DNA of 62,665 nucleotides from an uncultured Chromatiales bacterium (GCA_964449305.1 CAYUYM010000002.1:1-62665), one strand, 5' to 3'. Shown: positions 47,158 to 56,992, counted from the stretch's first letter. The notes: generated from the sequence alone by a model not told the origin. Numbers and translations are program-made.

Positions 47158-48987
47158 TCAGCCGTCGATCACGTCGATCACGGTGTCGACACGGCCGAAG
47201 GGGGCGGCGACCTGGATGCCCGCGATGAGGGGGCGGATGCGTTCGAGCGTCTCGCGCGCGATGAGGATGCCCTCCGCCCGCTGCCCGTCCCTGCTGTCGT
47301 GCCGCCGCATGCGCGCCAGCAGCTCATCGGGCACGACGCAGCCGGGGACCTCGTTCTGCATGAACTCGGCATTGCGCACCGAGGCGAGCGGCCAGAGCCC
47401 CGCCAGCACGGGCAGGTGGATGTGCCCGATGCGGTGCATGAAATTCTCGAAGACGCGGACGTCGAACACGGGTTGTGTGATGATGAACTCCGCGCCCGCC
47501 TCCACCTTCCAGTCGAGCCGCCGCAGCTCCTGCTCCATATTCAGCGCGCCCGGGTTGGCTCCCACGCCGATGTGGAAGGCCGATGGTGCACCGATGGGGT
47601 TGCCCGCGATGTCGAGCCCGTGGTTGAGCCGGTGGATGACGTTGACAAGGCCGATGGCATCCACATCGAACACGGCCGTGGCGTCCGGGTAGTTGCCGAG
47701 CTTCGGCGGGTCGCCGGTTATGGCGAGGATGTTGCGCACACCCAGTGCTGCGGCGCCCAGGAGGTCGGACTGGATGCCGATCACGTTCCTGTCCCGGCAC
47801 GCATAGTGGAGCACGGTCTCGATCCCTATGCGCGTCTGGATCTGCACGGCCAGCGCCAGCGCCGACATGCGCGCCGAGGCCCGCGGGCCGTCGGGGATGT
47901 TGATCGCATCAATGCCGTAGTTGAACAGCGTGCGTGCGCGCCCGAACTCCCGGTCCGCCGCCACGCCGCGGGGGGCGACGAGCTCCACAAGTGTCACGAA
48001 ACGCCCGTCGGACAGGCGGCGGGCAAGGCGGGACTTCTCCGCGCGCGGTGTCGCATCCACATGTTCCGGCGTGGCGCCGACGTGGGTGGCGGGCTGGGTG
48101 CGGTGCGTCTGCATGCCGAGGGCACTGATTGCATCTCGCATGCGGCGGATGTGGTCGGGCGTCGTGCCGCAGCATCCGCCGATGATGGCCGCCCCCGCCT
48201 GAAGGAAGTGCTTGGCGTATGTCCCGAGATACTCGGGCGAGGTGAGGTAGAGATTGCGGCCGTCCACATTGCGCGGCTTTCCGGCGTTGGGCATCACGCT
48301 GATCGGCAGATCGGTGAGCTCCGTGGCCCGTTCAAGCCAGGTGAGCATCACCGCGGGACCCACCGTGCAGTTGACGCCGAGCACATCGGGGCGGATGTCC
48401 TCCAGCTCGCGCACCATCACATCCACCGTTGCGCCGGTGAGCGATCCCCCGTCGTCGTTCATCGTCATCTGGGCCACGATCGGCAGGTCGCACACGGAGC
48501 GCACGGCCAGCACGGCCTGCTCCAGCTCTCCGGGGTAGACGAAGGATTCCAGGACGAAGAGGTCGACGCCCCCGTCGCAGAGCGCCCGCGCCTGCATGGC
48601 GACATGCCCGCGGACCTCCTCGCGGGCGAGCGGGCCGAGGGGCTCCATCTGCACACCGAGCGGGCCGATGGCGCCGGCCACGTACACATCCGCACCCGCC
48701 GCCTCGCGTGCGATGCGTGCCGCGGCGGCGTTGATCTCCGTCAGGCGATCCTCGAGCCCGTGGGCCCTGAGCTTGAACCAGTTGGCCCCGAACGAATTCG
48801 TCTCGATCACATCCGCACCGGCGAGGACGTAATCCGCATGGACCTGGCGCACGAGGGCGGGGTTGGTGAGGTTGAGCTCGTCGAAGCAGGTGTTGATGAA
48901 GACGCCGCGTGCGTACAGCTCGGTGCCCATCCCGCCGTCGAACAGGATGACGCCGCGCTTCAGGCGGTCGCGAAACGGTTCTCTCAT
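47158..48987 (-). CDS. yitJ: Bifunctional homocysteine S-methyltransferase / methylenetetrahydrofolate reductase
   Basis: FDGGMGT, ETNSFGAN, GVNC, GGCCGTTP (Zn ligands). MTHFR domain NIPDGP, CRDRN, TGDPP, FIITQP. Confidence 0.93.
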   Translation of the reverse strand: MREPFRDRLKRGVILFDGGMGTELYARGVFINTCFDELNLTNPALVRQVHADYVLAGADVIETNSFGANWFKLRAHGLEDRLTEINAAAARIAREAAGADVYVAGAIGPLGVQMEPLGPLAREEVRGHVAMQARALCDGGVDLFVLESFVYPGELEQAVLAVRSVCDLPIVAQMTMNDDGGSLTGATVDVMVRELEDIRPDVLGVNCTVGPAVMLTWLERATELTDLPISVMPNAGKPRNVDGRNLYLTSPEYLGTYAKHFLQAGAAIIGGCCGTTPDHIRRMRDAISALGMQTHRTQPATHVGATPEHVDATPRAEKSRLARRLSDGRFVTLVELVAPRGVAADREFGRARTLFNYGIDAINIPDGPRASARMSALALAVQIQTRIGIETVLHYACRDRNVIGIQSDLLGAAALGVRNILAITGDPPKLGNYPDATAVFDVDAIGLVNVIHRLNHGLDIAGNPIGAPSAFHIGVGANPGALNMEQELRRLDWKVEAGAEFIITQPVFDVRVFENFMHRIGHIHLPVLAGLWPLASVRNAEFMQNEVPGCVVPDELLARMRRHDSRDGQRAEGILIARETLERIRPLIAGIQVAAPFGRVDTVIDVIDG

Positions 48988-49976
48988 CGGGAGTCTCTTT
49001 CCGGGCGCAGGCCGAGTTGCACGAGGTCGTGCATGTGAACGATGCCCACCGGCTGCCGGTCGCCGTCGGCGATGATGAGCTGGGTGATCTTGAACTGCTC
49101 CATCACCTCGAGGGCGCGTGACACGAGCGCATCGGGTGCGAGCGTCTTCGGTGATGCGCTCATCACGTCCACGGCGCGGAGCGCGGTCATGTCCGTGTCC
49201 TTCTCCAGCATGCGGCGCAGGTCCCCATCAGTGATGACGCCCACAAGCCGGCGATCGTCATCCACCACACAGGTGGCGCCGAGTCGCTTGGTGGTCATCT
49301 CCAGGATTGCGTCGCGCAGCGACACGGCCTGGTGGACGACGGGGACGGCGGAGCCGGTGGCCATGATGTCGTCGACGCGGAGGAGGAGCTTGCGGCCGAG
49401 CATGCCTCCGGGATGGAAGAGCGCGAAATCCTCCGGCTTGAAGCCGCGCATCTGCAGGAGGGCGATGGCCAGCGCGTCACCGAGGGCGAGCGAGGCCGTG
49501 GTGGATGCGGTGGGGGCCAGATCGTAGGGGCAGGCCTCCTCCACCACACCCGCATCGAGCACGATGTCGGCTGATGCCGCGAGGGAGGAATGGACATTGC
49601 CGAGCATCGCGATCACGGGCACATCCATGCGCCGGAAGATGGGCATGATGGTCTTGATCTCCTCCGTGTCACCGCTCTTGGAGAGGATGAGAACCGCATC
49701 GTTGTGCGTCACCATGCCGAGGTCGCCATGGACGGCGTCCGAAGGGTGGAGGAAGAATGCCGGGGTGCCGGTGGAGTTCATGGTGGCCACGATCTTCCGC
49801 GCGATGAGGCCGCTCTTGCCGACGCCGGTGACGATGAGCCGCCCGCGGCATTCACGGATGGTGCTCACTGCCAGGGCGAAGCGCTCGTCGATCCGGTCGA
49901 TGAGCGCCTCCACGGCCTGTGCCTCGATCCGCAGCACCTGCCGTCCGTTGTCGATGATCTGGTCGGGCGTCATCAT
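48984..49976 (-). CDS. kdsD: Arabinose-5-phosphate isomerase (KpsF/GutQ, SIS + 2 CBS)
   Basis: TGVGKSG, HPSDAVHGDLG, SKSG, APTASTT..LALGDALA, HPGG.LG, GVITDGDLRR. Confidence 0.95.
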   Translation of the reverse strand: MMTPDQIIDNGRQVLRIEAQAVEALIDRIDERFALAVSTIRECRGRLIVTGVGKSGLIARKIVATMNSTGTPAFFLHPSDAVHGDLGMVTHNDAVLILSKSGDTEEIKTIMPIFRRMDVPVIAMLGNVHSSLAASADIVLDAGVVEEACPYDLAPTASTTASLALGDALAIALLQMRGFKPEDFALFHPGGMLGRKLLLRVDDIMATGSAVPVVHQAVSLRDAILEMTTKRLGATCVVDDDRRLVGVITDGDLRRMLEKDTDMTALRAVDVMSASPKTLAPDALVSRALEVMEQFKITQLIIADGDRQPVGIVHMHDLVQLGLRPERDSR

Positions 49977-50392
49977 TCGCCCATGAACTGGACGACGAGT
50001 GTGCGCATCCGCGGCCGGTTGTCGAAGTCCACGAGCACCACCTGCTGCCAGGTGCCCAGCAGAAACCTCCCGCTGCCGAAGGGGATGATGAGGGACGGTC
50101 CGACGGTGGAGGAGCGGACATGTGCGTGCCCGTTGCCGTCGTTCCAGGTTTCCTCGTGGGCGTAGCGGGCGCTCCGGGGGGCGAGGCGCTCCATGGCGGC
50201 CTCGAAATCCTGTTTCAGCCCGGGCTCGAATTCGATGGTCGTCAGCGACGCGGTGGAGCCGGCGACAAAGATGAGCGCGTGCCCCTGCTGCAGGTGATGC
50301 TTGTCGAGCAGGAGCCCCAGCCGGTGCGTGATGTCGATCATGTCGCAGTTGCCCATGGTGTCGACATGGAGGGAATCGTTGATGATCTTCAT
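49973..50392 (-). CDS. yjbQ: YjbQ/UPF0047 family protein
   Basis: GSTASLTTIE.E, YAHEE..NDGNGHAH, LGTWQQV..VDFD.RPR.R. Confidence 0.92.
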   Translation of the reverse strand: MKIINDSLHVDTMGNCDMIDITHRLGLLLDKHHLQQGHALIFVAGSTASLTTIEFEPGLKQDFEAAMERLAPRSARYAHEETWNDGNGHAHVRSSTVGPSLIIPFGSGRFLLGTWQQVVLVDFDNRPRMRTLVVQFMGE

Positions 50393-51276
50393 GGGAGGTC
50401 GTCGGGCAGGGTGTGGGATGTGAGGATGTGGGCGTCCTTCAGGTGGATGATGCTCCGCCGGTGCTGGAAGAAGGAATCGGCCGAGGGGCCAGGAAGCCCC
50501 GTGTTGATCTGCTCGGCATACAGCAGATCGCCCGTGGTCCGATCCGCGATGAGCATGTACTGATCGAGTGCCGGAGCCTCGTTGGTGGACAGCTCCGCGC
50601 TCTCGTGCCAGGCAGCCACGATGCAGGTGCCGGTGGTGAGCAGGTCGAGCTGCCCCTGCACACGCGGGATGTCCACAAGCTGCGTGATCAGCCCGCCCAC
50701 GGATGCGGCGTCGGGGTGGGTGGCGTCGAAGGCCTGCGGGTAGCGGTAGTCGGCGAACCAGTCGACGGCGTTGATCTCGTCGCGGAGGCTGCGGATGCGG
50801 GTGTCGTCGTTGCCGAGATCGCGGACGAGCGAGCCGTCGGTGGCGTGGAGGATGAACCAGCGGCGGCCCTCGAACGAGGACTGGGAGGCGAAGACATCGG
50901 TGCCGACGGCGAACTCGAAGATGTGGTCGGCGTTCCGCCACAGGATACGCCCCGTTGCCAGGTCCACCGCGTGGATGCCGAGCGGCGAGGGCATGTCGGG
51001 GCGGCGGTAGCCGTGGAAGTACGCGACGCCGTCATAGATGCCCGCGAGGCTGATCCACCAGGGCTCCTCGAAGCGGAGTCCGCTCCACAGGACGCGGCCG
51101 TCATCGGCGGCGACGCAGGCAAAGCTGGCGGTGCGGGCCTCGGGGTTCCGCTCCTCGATGAGGATGCGGCCGTCGTCCGAGATGCGGATCATCCAGAGCA
51201 ACTGGTCGGATTCATAGCTCCACGAGGGCAGCGTGCGTGAAGCAGGAGAGGTTTTCGAATTTTTCCAGGGAAGCAT
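50389..51276 (-). CDS. DUF4905-like beta-propeller protein
   Basis: WMIRIS...IEERN, G.VLW.GL.FEEPWW, RPDMPSPLGI.AVD..TG.ILW, DSFF. The family assignment is from memory. Confidence 0.6.
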   Translation of the reverse strand: MLPWKNSKTSPASRTLPSWSYESDQLLWMIRISDDGRILIEERNPEARTASFACVAADDGRVLWSGLRFEEPWWISLAGIYDGVAYFHGYRRPDMPSPLGIHAVDLATGRILWRNADHIFEFAVGTDVFASQSSFEGRRWFILHATDGSLVRDLGNDDTRIRSLRDEINAVDWFADYRYPQAFDATHPDAASVGGLITQLVDIPRVQGQLDLLTTGTCIVAAWHESAELSTNEAPALDQYMLIADRTTGDLLYAEQINTGLPGPSADSFFQHRRSIIHLKDAHILTSHTLPDDLP

Positions 51277-51366
51277 GAGGTGTCCTTCAATCGAAAAAAA
51301 GTAGGGGTTTCACGGGAGCATTGCAAACGTCTTTTTCGGCATCCTCCAGAAGGGTATCTTCCCGCC

Positions 51367-51777
51367 ATGGATTTCGAGCCCGACACCCCCGCCTCCACTC
51401 CGCCCCGGCCATCGTATCGCAACACGATGGGCAGCATCGTGCTGTGGACACTCCTCCGGCTCGGCGCCGTCATCGTGGGCGCCTGGATTCTGTATGACGT
51501 CATGGCCGTCAACAACACGAGCTACGCGCTGTGGTGGGCCGTCACCGGCCTCGCGCTCTACGCCGTCGTCTTTCACCCCACACAGATCCAGTACCTGCAT
51601 TACCGGGAGGAGACCAGAACCGTGGTCTCCGGCACGTTGTGTTCGTCGTGCAAGTACTTTGAATCGACGGGTGTTCTGTGCTCCAAGCTCGATGAACACG
51701 TGACTGAGGACTATCTCCCATGCGAGGGACAGCTCTGGGAGCCCCGTGGTGCCTGGCCGGGAGACGACGAGGATTGA
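51367..51777 (+). CDS. Hypothetical two-TM membrane protein with a Cys-rich C-terminus
   Basis: Two hydrophobic helices then CSSCKYF...LCSKL...C...WEP. Confidence 0.6.
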   Translation: MDFEPDTPASTPPRPSYRNTMGSIVLWTLLRLGAVIVGAWILYDVMAVNNTSYALWWAVTGLALYAVVFHPTQIQYLHYREETRTVVSGTLCSSCKYFESTGVLCSKLDEHVTEDYLPCEGQLWEPRGAWPGDDED

Positions 51778-52382
51778 GGGCCATCCCTGCAACATTCTTC
51801 AGGCAACCCACGCTTGGGATCGCGCGCCGGCTACTCGGCGCACGGCTCGTTGTTCGTGACCAGGGCTCGCGGTGTTCCGGACGCATCGTTGAGGTGGAGG
51901 CCTACCATCAGGATGGCGATCCGGCATCGCACTCCTTCCATGGCAGGACGGACCGCAATGCCGTGATGTTCGGTCCACCCGGACGGCTCTACGTGTACTT
52001 CACCTATGGCATGCACTTCTGCATGAACGTGGTCACCGAGGCCGGGGGCATCGGCGCGGCCGTGCTCATCCGGGCGGTGGAGCCCCTGGAAGGCATCCCT
52101 GTGATGCAGGAGCGCCGGGGCGCGGGCGTCCGCCTTGTGGACCTCACCAACGGCCCTGCGAAATGTTGTCAGGCCTTCGGCATCGACCTCAGGCACAACG
52201 GCCTGCCATTGACCGGCCCCGCCATCACGCTCGTCCCGGGCGATGAGATCGATGACGTGCAGGTCGGCATCTCACCACGCATCGGCATCCGACAGGGGAG
52301 GGACCTTCCCTGGCGCTTCCACATCATCGGAAGCCCCTGGGTGTCGCGCCCACGGCGCTCCGCTGTGTGCGTGCCGGCCTGA
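51774..52382 (+). CDS. mpg: DNA-3-methyladenine glycosylase (AAG/MPG family)
   Basis: RIVEVEAY, ASHS, YVYFTYGMH.CMNVV, AVLIRA.EP, NGPAKCCQA, RIGI...PWRF. Start probably TTG 51774. Confidence 0.93.
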   Translation: MRAIPATFFRQPTLGIARRLLGARLVVRDQGSRCSGRIVEVEAYHQDGDPASHSFHGRTDRNAVMFGPPGRLYVYFTYGMHFCMNVVTEAGGIGAAVLIRAVEPLEGIPVMQERRGAGVRLVDLTNGPAKCCQAFGIDLRHNGLPLTGPAITLVPGDEIDDVQVGISPRIGIRQGRDLPWRFHIIGSPWVSRPRRSAVCVPA

Positions 52383-52517
52383 GCTTGTGCGCCACGCACG
52401 GGTGCGGGTCGTCACTCCGCCTCGCACTTTTCTTCCCGCATTCACACGATTCTTCTGCATCCTGACACACGTTTCCACGAATACCAGTCATTCCTTTCAT
52501 CCATTTCTGGAGCATCC

Positions 52518-53897
52518 ATGAAGAGACTCTGCACCGCATTTCTGATCGCCTTCCTGATGCTGACCCCCGTGCTCGTCGCACAGACGGGCGGCATCACTGA
52601 ATCCATGGTCGATGAGCTCCGCGCATCGCTCACGATGGACGCATCGACCAAGGCCATGATCAACGCGCTCACGACGAACGACGTCCGCAAACTGGCGCAA
52701 AGCCGCCAGGCGGTGATCGAGACCAACACCTTCTTCTCCAACAAGCTCAAGACCGAGGGCATCACCGATCAGAAAAGCAGCGGCCGCTGCTGGTTGTTCG
52801 CCGGTCTCAACCTCATGCGCCCCGTGGCGATGAACAACCTCAACAAGAAGGGCTTCGAGTTTTCCCAGACCTATCTGTTCTTCTGGGACAAGATCGAGAA
52901 GTCCAACCTCTTTCTTGAATCCATCATCCGCACACGCACCCGCCCGGTGGACGACCGCGAGGTGGAGTGGCTGCTGAAGAATCCCTTCCCCGACGGCGGG
53001 CAATGGAACATGGTTGTCGCACTTGTCGGCAAGTACGGCGTGGTGCCGGCGGAAGTGATGCCGGAAACCGAGAGCTCGGGCAGCACCGGCACGCTCAACG
53101 CCATCCTTTCCACGCTCCTGCGCAGGGATGCCGCCGTTATCCGCGCGTCGAAGAAGTCCGATGCAGAATTGCAGACACTGAAGGTCGCCCTGCTCAAGGA
53201 CGTGTATCGCATCCTCGCCTTTCACCTCGGTGTTCCCCCGACGCGTTTCGACTATCGCTATGAAGGGAAGGACGGCAAGGTGACCGAGCCGGTCAGCTAC
53301 ACGCCGCAGGAGTTCTACCGGAAGCACGTGAACCTGGACCTGAACGACTACGTCTGTGTGTACAGCGTTCCGGCCCATCCCTTCAACAAGCTCTACCAGA
53401 TCCAGTTCGACCGCAACATGTTTGATCAGCCGAACATGACCTTCGTCAACCTCCCGATCGCCGACATGAAGGCGTATGCGCTGAAATCCCTGCTCGACAA
53501 TGAGCCGGTGTGGTTCGGGTGTGATGTGGGCAAGGAATCTGACAGCAAGCTGGGCGTGATGAAACGTGGGCTGTACGACTATCAGTCCGTCTACGGAGTC
53601 GATTTCTCGATGACGAAGGAGGAGCGCGTCCTCTACCAGGAATCCGTGCCGTCGCATGCCATGTTGTTCACCGGCGTGGATCTGGTGAACGGGAAGCCGG
53701 AGAAGTGGCTGGTGGAGAACAGTTGGGGATCGAAGGCCGGCAACGGCGGCATGTTCACGATGTATGACTCGTGGTTTGACGAATACATGTACACCGTGAT
53801 CGTGAAGAAGAAGTATCTGCCGAAGGCCGCACTCGATCTGCTCCAGACCAGGGCCGAGGTGCTGCCGCCGTGGGACCCGATGTTCTCGTTCCAATGA
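52518..53897 (+). CDS. pepC: Secreted C1B cysteine aminopeptidase (PepC/bleomycin hydrolase)
   Basis: DQKSSGRCWLF (Cys), SHAMLFTG (His), VENSWG (Asn), DGGQW. Signal peptide present. Confidence 0.94.
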   Translation: MKRLCTAFLIAFLMLTPVLVAQTGGITESMVDELRASLTMDASTKAMINALTTNDVRKLAQSRQAVIETNTFFSNKLKTEGITDQKSSGRCWLFAGLNLMRPVAMNNLNKKGFEFSQTYLFFWDKIEKSNLFLESIIRTRTRPVDDREVEWLLKNPFPDGGQWNMVVALVGKYGVVPAEVMPETESSGSTGTLNAILSTLLRRDAAVIRASKKSDAELQTLKVALLKDVYRILAFHLGVPPTRFDYRYEGKDGKVTEPVSYTPQEFYRKHVNLDLNDYVCVYSVPAHPFNKLYQIQFDRNMFDQPNMTFVNLPIADMKAYALKSLLDNEPVWFGCDVGKESDSKLGVMKRGLYDYQSVYGVDFSMTKEERVLYQESVPSHAMLFTGVDLVNGKPEKWLVENSWGSKAGNGGMFTMYDSWFDEYMYTVIVKKKYLPKAALDLLQTRAEVLPPWDPMFSFQ

Positions 53898-53912
53898 TCT
53901 GCATCCATCGTT

Positions 53913-53955
53913 CTCACGCAACAGGGGCGACCATCGGTCGCCCCTGTTGCGTGAG
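53913..53955. repeat. Perfect 20-bp inverted repeat (REP-like hairpin or terminator)
   Basis: CTCACGCAACAGGGGCGACC-ATC-GGTCGCCCCTGTTGCGTGAG. Confidence 0.8.
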
Positions 53956-54224
53956 GCACACCATTTTTCCATTGTGGCTCGTCTGGCGCGCAAACGCCGA
54001 TCCGGGGCGTTTCGTTCCCGGCATTTCGGAGGAATTTTCTCGTTTCGAAAAAACCCGTATCTTCCTCCCTTCATTTGCGACTTCCAGTATCTCGAAAGCA
54101 CCAAACGATTGATCAGACCTGATAGAGCCACATCTCACCTGACCGGGAAGGGAGTCCGCCCACAGTGATCCCCCATGTCCTGAAGGTGGCGGCGCCCCAT
54201 TCACCACAAACCATGGAGCCCACT

Positions 54225-54719
54225 ATGAGCACGGGCGTGTACGCGCTTGCACGTTTTCAGCACCAGGACAACCTGCTTCCGGCTGCCGCCGTCATTGCCG
54301 CGCTCCCGGCCGTGACGCAGTGGGACGCTGTCGATGGCCACATGCACATTGTCATGAAACTCGCCGTGGCGCGTGAGGAGGTCCCCGGAGAGCTGCTAGC
54401 GCTGGACGGGCTGGCCGACATGCAGGTGGCCGAGATCATGGCCCCCCTTCCCGCCACTGCGACGATGGATCCCGCGGCGGCCCATGCCCGCGTCTTCATC
54501 GAGATCGATCACACGCGCGCCGGCGAGCTGCGACGGTGCCTCGCCGACGTCCCCGGCATCGTGGAATGCGAGGAGACCGCGGGCCCCTTCGATCTCGCCT
54601 GCCTGCTCCAGGCGCCCACCTTCAGCGACATCCAGCACATCGTCGACCGGAAGCTCCAACTGCTCGACGGCGTGGTGCGGATCCGCCAGAACCGCATCAT
54701 CGAACTCACCAGCTTATAG
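54225..54719 (+). CDS. Tandem Lrp/AsnC ligand-binding (RAM) domain protein without HTH
   Basis: Two beta-alpha-beta repeats (ALPAVTQWDAVDGHMHIVMK; DVPGIVECEETAGPFDLAC..Q...DIQ....LDGV). GGAG RBS before ATG 54225. Confidence 0.7.
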   Translation: MSTGVYALARFQHQDNLLPAAAVIAALPAVTQWDAVDGHMHIVMKLAVAREEVPGELLALDGLADMQVAEIMAPLPATATMDPAAAHARVFIEIDHTRAGELRRCLADVPGIVECEETAGPFDLACLLQAPTFSDIQHIVDRKLQLLDGVVRIRQNRIIELTSL

Positions 54720-54728
54720 AGGACAGAA

Positions 54729-55220
54729 ATGGCAGAAACCGCAACTCCCGAGTTCAGGCCGTTCAACGTCGATCTCTGGAAACACGACGGGCATGCAGGC
54801 GCGCTCATCCCGCTCCTGCAATCGGCGCAGGACACCTATGGCTACGTCTCGGAAAAGGCCATCGACTCCATCAGCCATGTGACGGGCATCCCCTCAGCCG
54901 AGATCTATGGCGTGGTGACATTCTACGCCCAGTTCCGCACCAAGCCGCTCGGGAAGAACATCATCAAGGTGTGCAATGGCACCGCCTGTCATGTCAACGG
55001 CGCCAGGGCGGTCTACACCGTGATCCAGGACGAGCTCAACATCAACTACGACGAGACCTCCGACGATGGCATGTTCAGCCTCCTGTCTGTGGCATGCATC
55101 GGGTGCTGCTCGCTCGCACCTGTCATCACGATCAACGGTGAAACATACGGTCGGCTCACGTCGCAGAAACTGCGCAAGATTCTCAAGGATTTTCGTCGCC
55201 GTGCGGCGGAAGCGGAATAG
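54729..55220 (+). CDS. NuoE/HydC-like [2Fe-2S] subunit (BfuC-like)
   Basis: LIPLLQ.AQD.YGY, YGVVTFY, VCNGTACH, VACIGCCSLAP. Confidence 0.93.
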   Translation: MAETATPEFRPFNVDLWKHDGHAGALIPLLQSAQDTYGYVSEKAIDSISHVTGIPSAEIYGVVTFYAQFRTKPLGKNIIKVCNGTACHVNGARAVYTVIQDELNINYDETSDDGMFSLLSVACIGCCSLAPVITINGETYGRLTSQKLRKILKDFRRRAAEAE

Positions 55221-55229
55221 GGGGCCATC

Positions 55230-56984
55230 ATGACCATCGTGAAAATCGGACTCGGAACCTGCGGCATCTCCGCCGGCGGGGAGAAAGTGTACAAGGCCTT
55301 CGAGGAGGAGCTGAAGGAGCGCCCCGATGCCTTCATCCTCCAGGAGACGGGCTGCATCGGCATGTGTTATCGCGAGGTGCTGGTGGAGGTGGACAACGGC
55401 GCCGCGCGGCATCTCTACGGCGACGTCACCCCCGACAGGGTGTCGCGCATCATCGACGAGGATGTCCTCGGAGGGATGGCGGTTGAAGAATGGCTCGTCA
55501 ACGGCGAGGGCCGCGAGGCGGGCTTCTTCGAGAACCAGGTGCGCATCGTGCTCCGCAACTGTGGCATCATCGATCCCGGTTCCATCGAGGAGTACATCGA
55601 CGCGGGTGGATACCAGGCGATCGAGAAGGCGCTCACCACCATGACGCCCGACGACGTGATCCGCGAGGTGGCGGAATCCGGACTGCGCGGACGCGGCGGC
55701 GGCGGCTTCCCGACGGGCACGAAATGGAGATTCACCCGCCAGGCCGCGGGGGATCTCAAGTACATCGTCTGCAACGCCGACGAAGGCGACCCGGGCGCGT
55801 TCATGGATCGCTCCGTGCTCGAATCCGATCCCCACGCGGTGCTCGAGGGCATGATCATCGCGGCCTACGCCATCGGTGCGTCGGACTCCTACATTTACTG
55901 CCGGGCCGAATACCCCAAGGCCATCACCCGGCTGCGCCAGGCCATCGCCCAGGCCCGCCGGAAGGGGCTGCTCGGCGACAACATCCTCGGCACGGGCTTC
56001 AGCTTCGAGATCAGAATCAAGGAGGGCGCCGGCGCGTTCGTCTGCGGCGAGGAAACGGCGCTCATCGCCTCCATCGAGGGACGCCGCGGCATGCCGCGCA
56101 TCCGGCCGCCCTTCCCGGCGGTGAAGGGATTGTGGGGCAGGCCCACGAACATCAACAATGTCGAGACCTTTGCGAACATCCCGTGGATCATCCTCAACGG
56201 CGGGGCGGCCTTCGCCGCCCACGGCACGGCCGACAGCAAGGGCACCAAGGTGTTCGCCATGGCGGGCAAGGTGGCACGCGCGGGTCTGATCGAGGTGCCC
56301 ATGGGCGTCACCATCAACTCCGTCATCTTCGACATCTGCGGCGGCATCGTCGACAACCGCCAGTTCAAGGCCGTCCAGATGGGCGGACCATCGGGCGGCT
56401 GCATCCCGGCCCACATGTGTGATCTGCCCATCGACTACCAGCAGATCAACAGCACCGGCGCCATCATGGGCTCCGGCGGCCTCATCGTGATGGACGAGAC
56501 CACCTGCATGGTGGATGTCGCCAAGTTCTTCCTCACCTTCACCCAGGCCGAATCCTGCGGGAAGTGCACCTTCTGCCGTATCGGCACCAAGCGCATGCTC
56601 GAAATCCTGGAGCGCATCACCGACGGAAAGGGCACGCTGGAGGATCTCGACAACCTCGAGGAACTGAGCGCCCAGATCAAGGCTGCATCCCTCTGCGGCC
56701 TCGGGCAGACAGCCCCGAACCCCGTCGTCACCACACTCAAGTACTTCCGTGATGAGTATGTGTCCCACATCGTGGACAGGAAATGCCCGGCGCATGTGTG
56801 CGCCCCGCTCATCGAGTACACCATCCTGGACAATTGCACCGGCTGCATGGTGTGCAAGCGCGCATGTCCCACCGAGGCCATCTCGGGCGAGAAAAAGGTA
56901 ATCCACGTCATCGATCAGGAACTCTGCATCAAGTGCGGCAAGTGTTTCGACGTATGCCGCTTTGATTCGGTGCTGAAGAATTGA
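55230..56984 (+). CDS. NuoF/HydB-like FMN/NAD(H) subunit with extra N- and C-terminal FeS domains (BfuB-like)
   Basis: N-terminal GTCG...GCIGMC; GLRGRGGGGFPTG; NADEGDPGAFM; GAFVCGEETAL; GGPSGG; ESCGKCTFC...C; C-terminal CTGCMVC..ACP and CIKCGKC..VC. Confidence 0.94.
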   Translation: MTIVKIGLGTCGISAGGEKVYKAFEEELKERPDAFILQETGCIGMCYREVLVEVDNGAARHLYGDVTPDRVSRIIDEDVLGGMAVEEWLVNGEGREAGFFENQVRIVLRNCGIIDPGSIEEYIDAGGYQAIEKALTTMTPDDVIREVAESGLRGRGGGGFPTGTKWRFTRQAAGDLKYIVCNADEGDPGAFMDRSVLESDPHAVLEGMIIAAYAIGASDSYIYCRAEYPKAITRLRQAIAQARRKGLLGDNILGTGFSFEIRIKEGAGAFVCGEETALIASIEGRRGMPRIRPPFPAVKGLWGRPTNINNVETFANIPWIILNGGAAFAAHGTADSKGTKVFAMAGKVARAGLIEVPMGVTINSVIFDICGGIVDNRQFKAVQMGGPSGGCIPAHMCDLPIDYQQINSTGAIMGSGGLIVMDETTCMVDVAKFFLTFTQAESCGKCTFCRIGTKRMLEILERITDGKGTLEDLDNLEELSAQIKAASLCGLGQTAPNPVVTTLKYFRDEYVSHIVDRKCPAHVCAPLIEYTILDNCTGCMVCKRACPTEAISGEKKVIHVIDQELCIKCGKCFDVCRFDSVLKN

Positions 56985-56992
56985 GGCGCACC

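Noticed and set aside
47066-49000. SAM/cobalamin riboswitch for yitJ
   Set aside because: The yitJ start overlaps the kdsD stop, so there is no leader region.
54729-56984. Respiratory complex I (nuoEF)
   Set aside because: No membrane or NuoBCD subunits are nearby, and the extra FeS domains on the F-like subunit fit soluble HydABC/Bfu-type complexes. Gene symbols were withheld.
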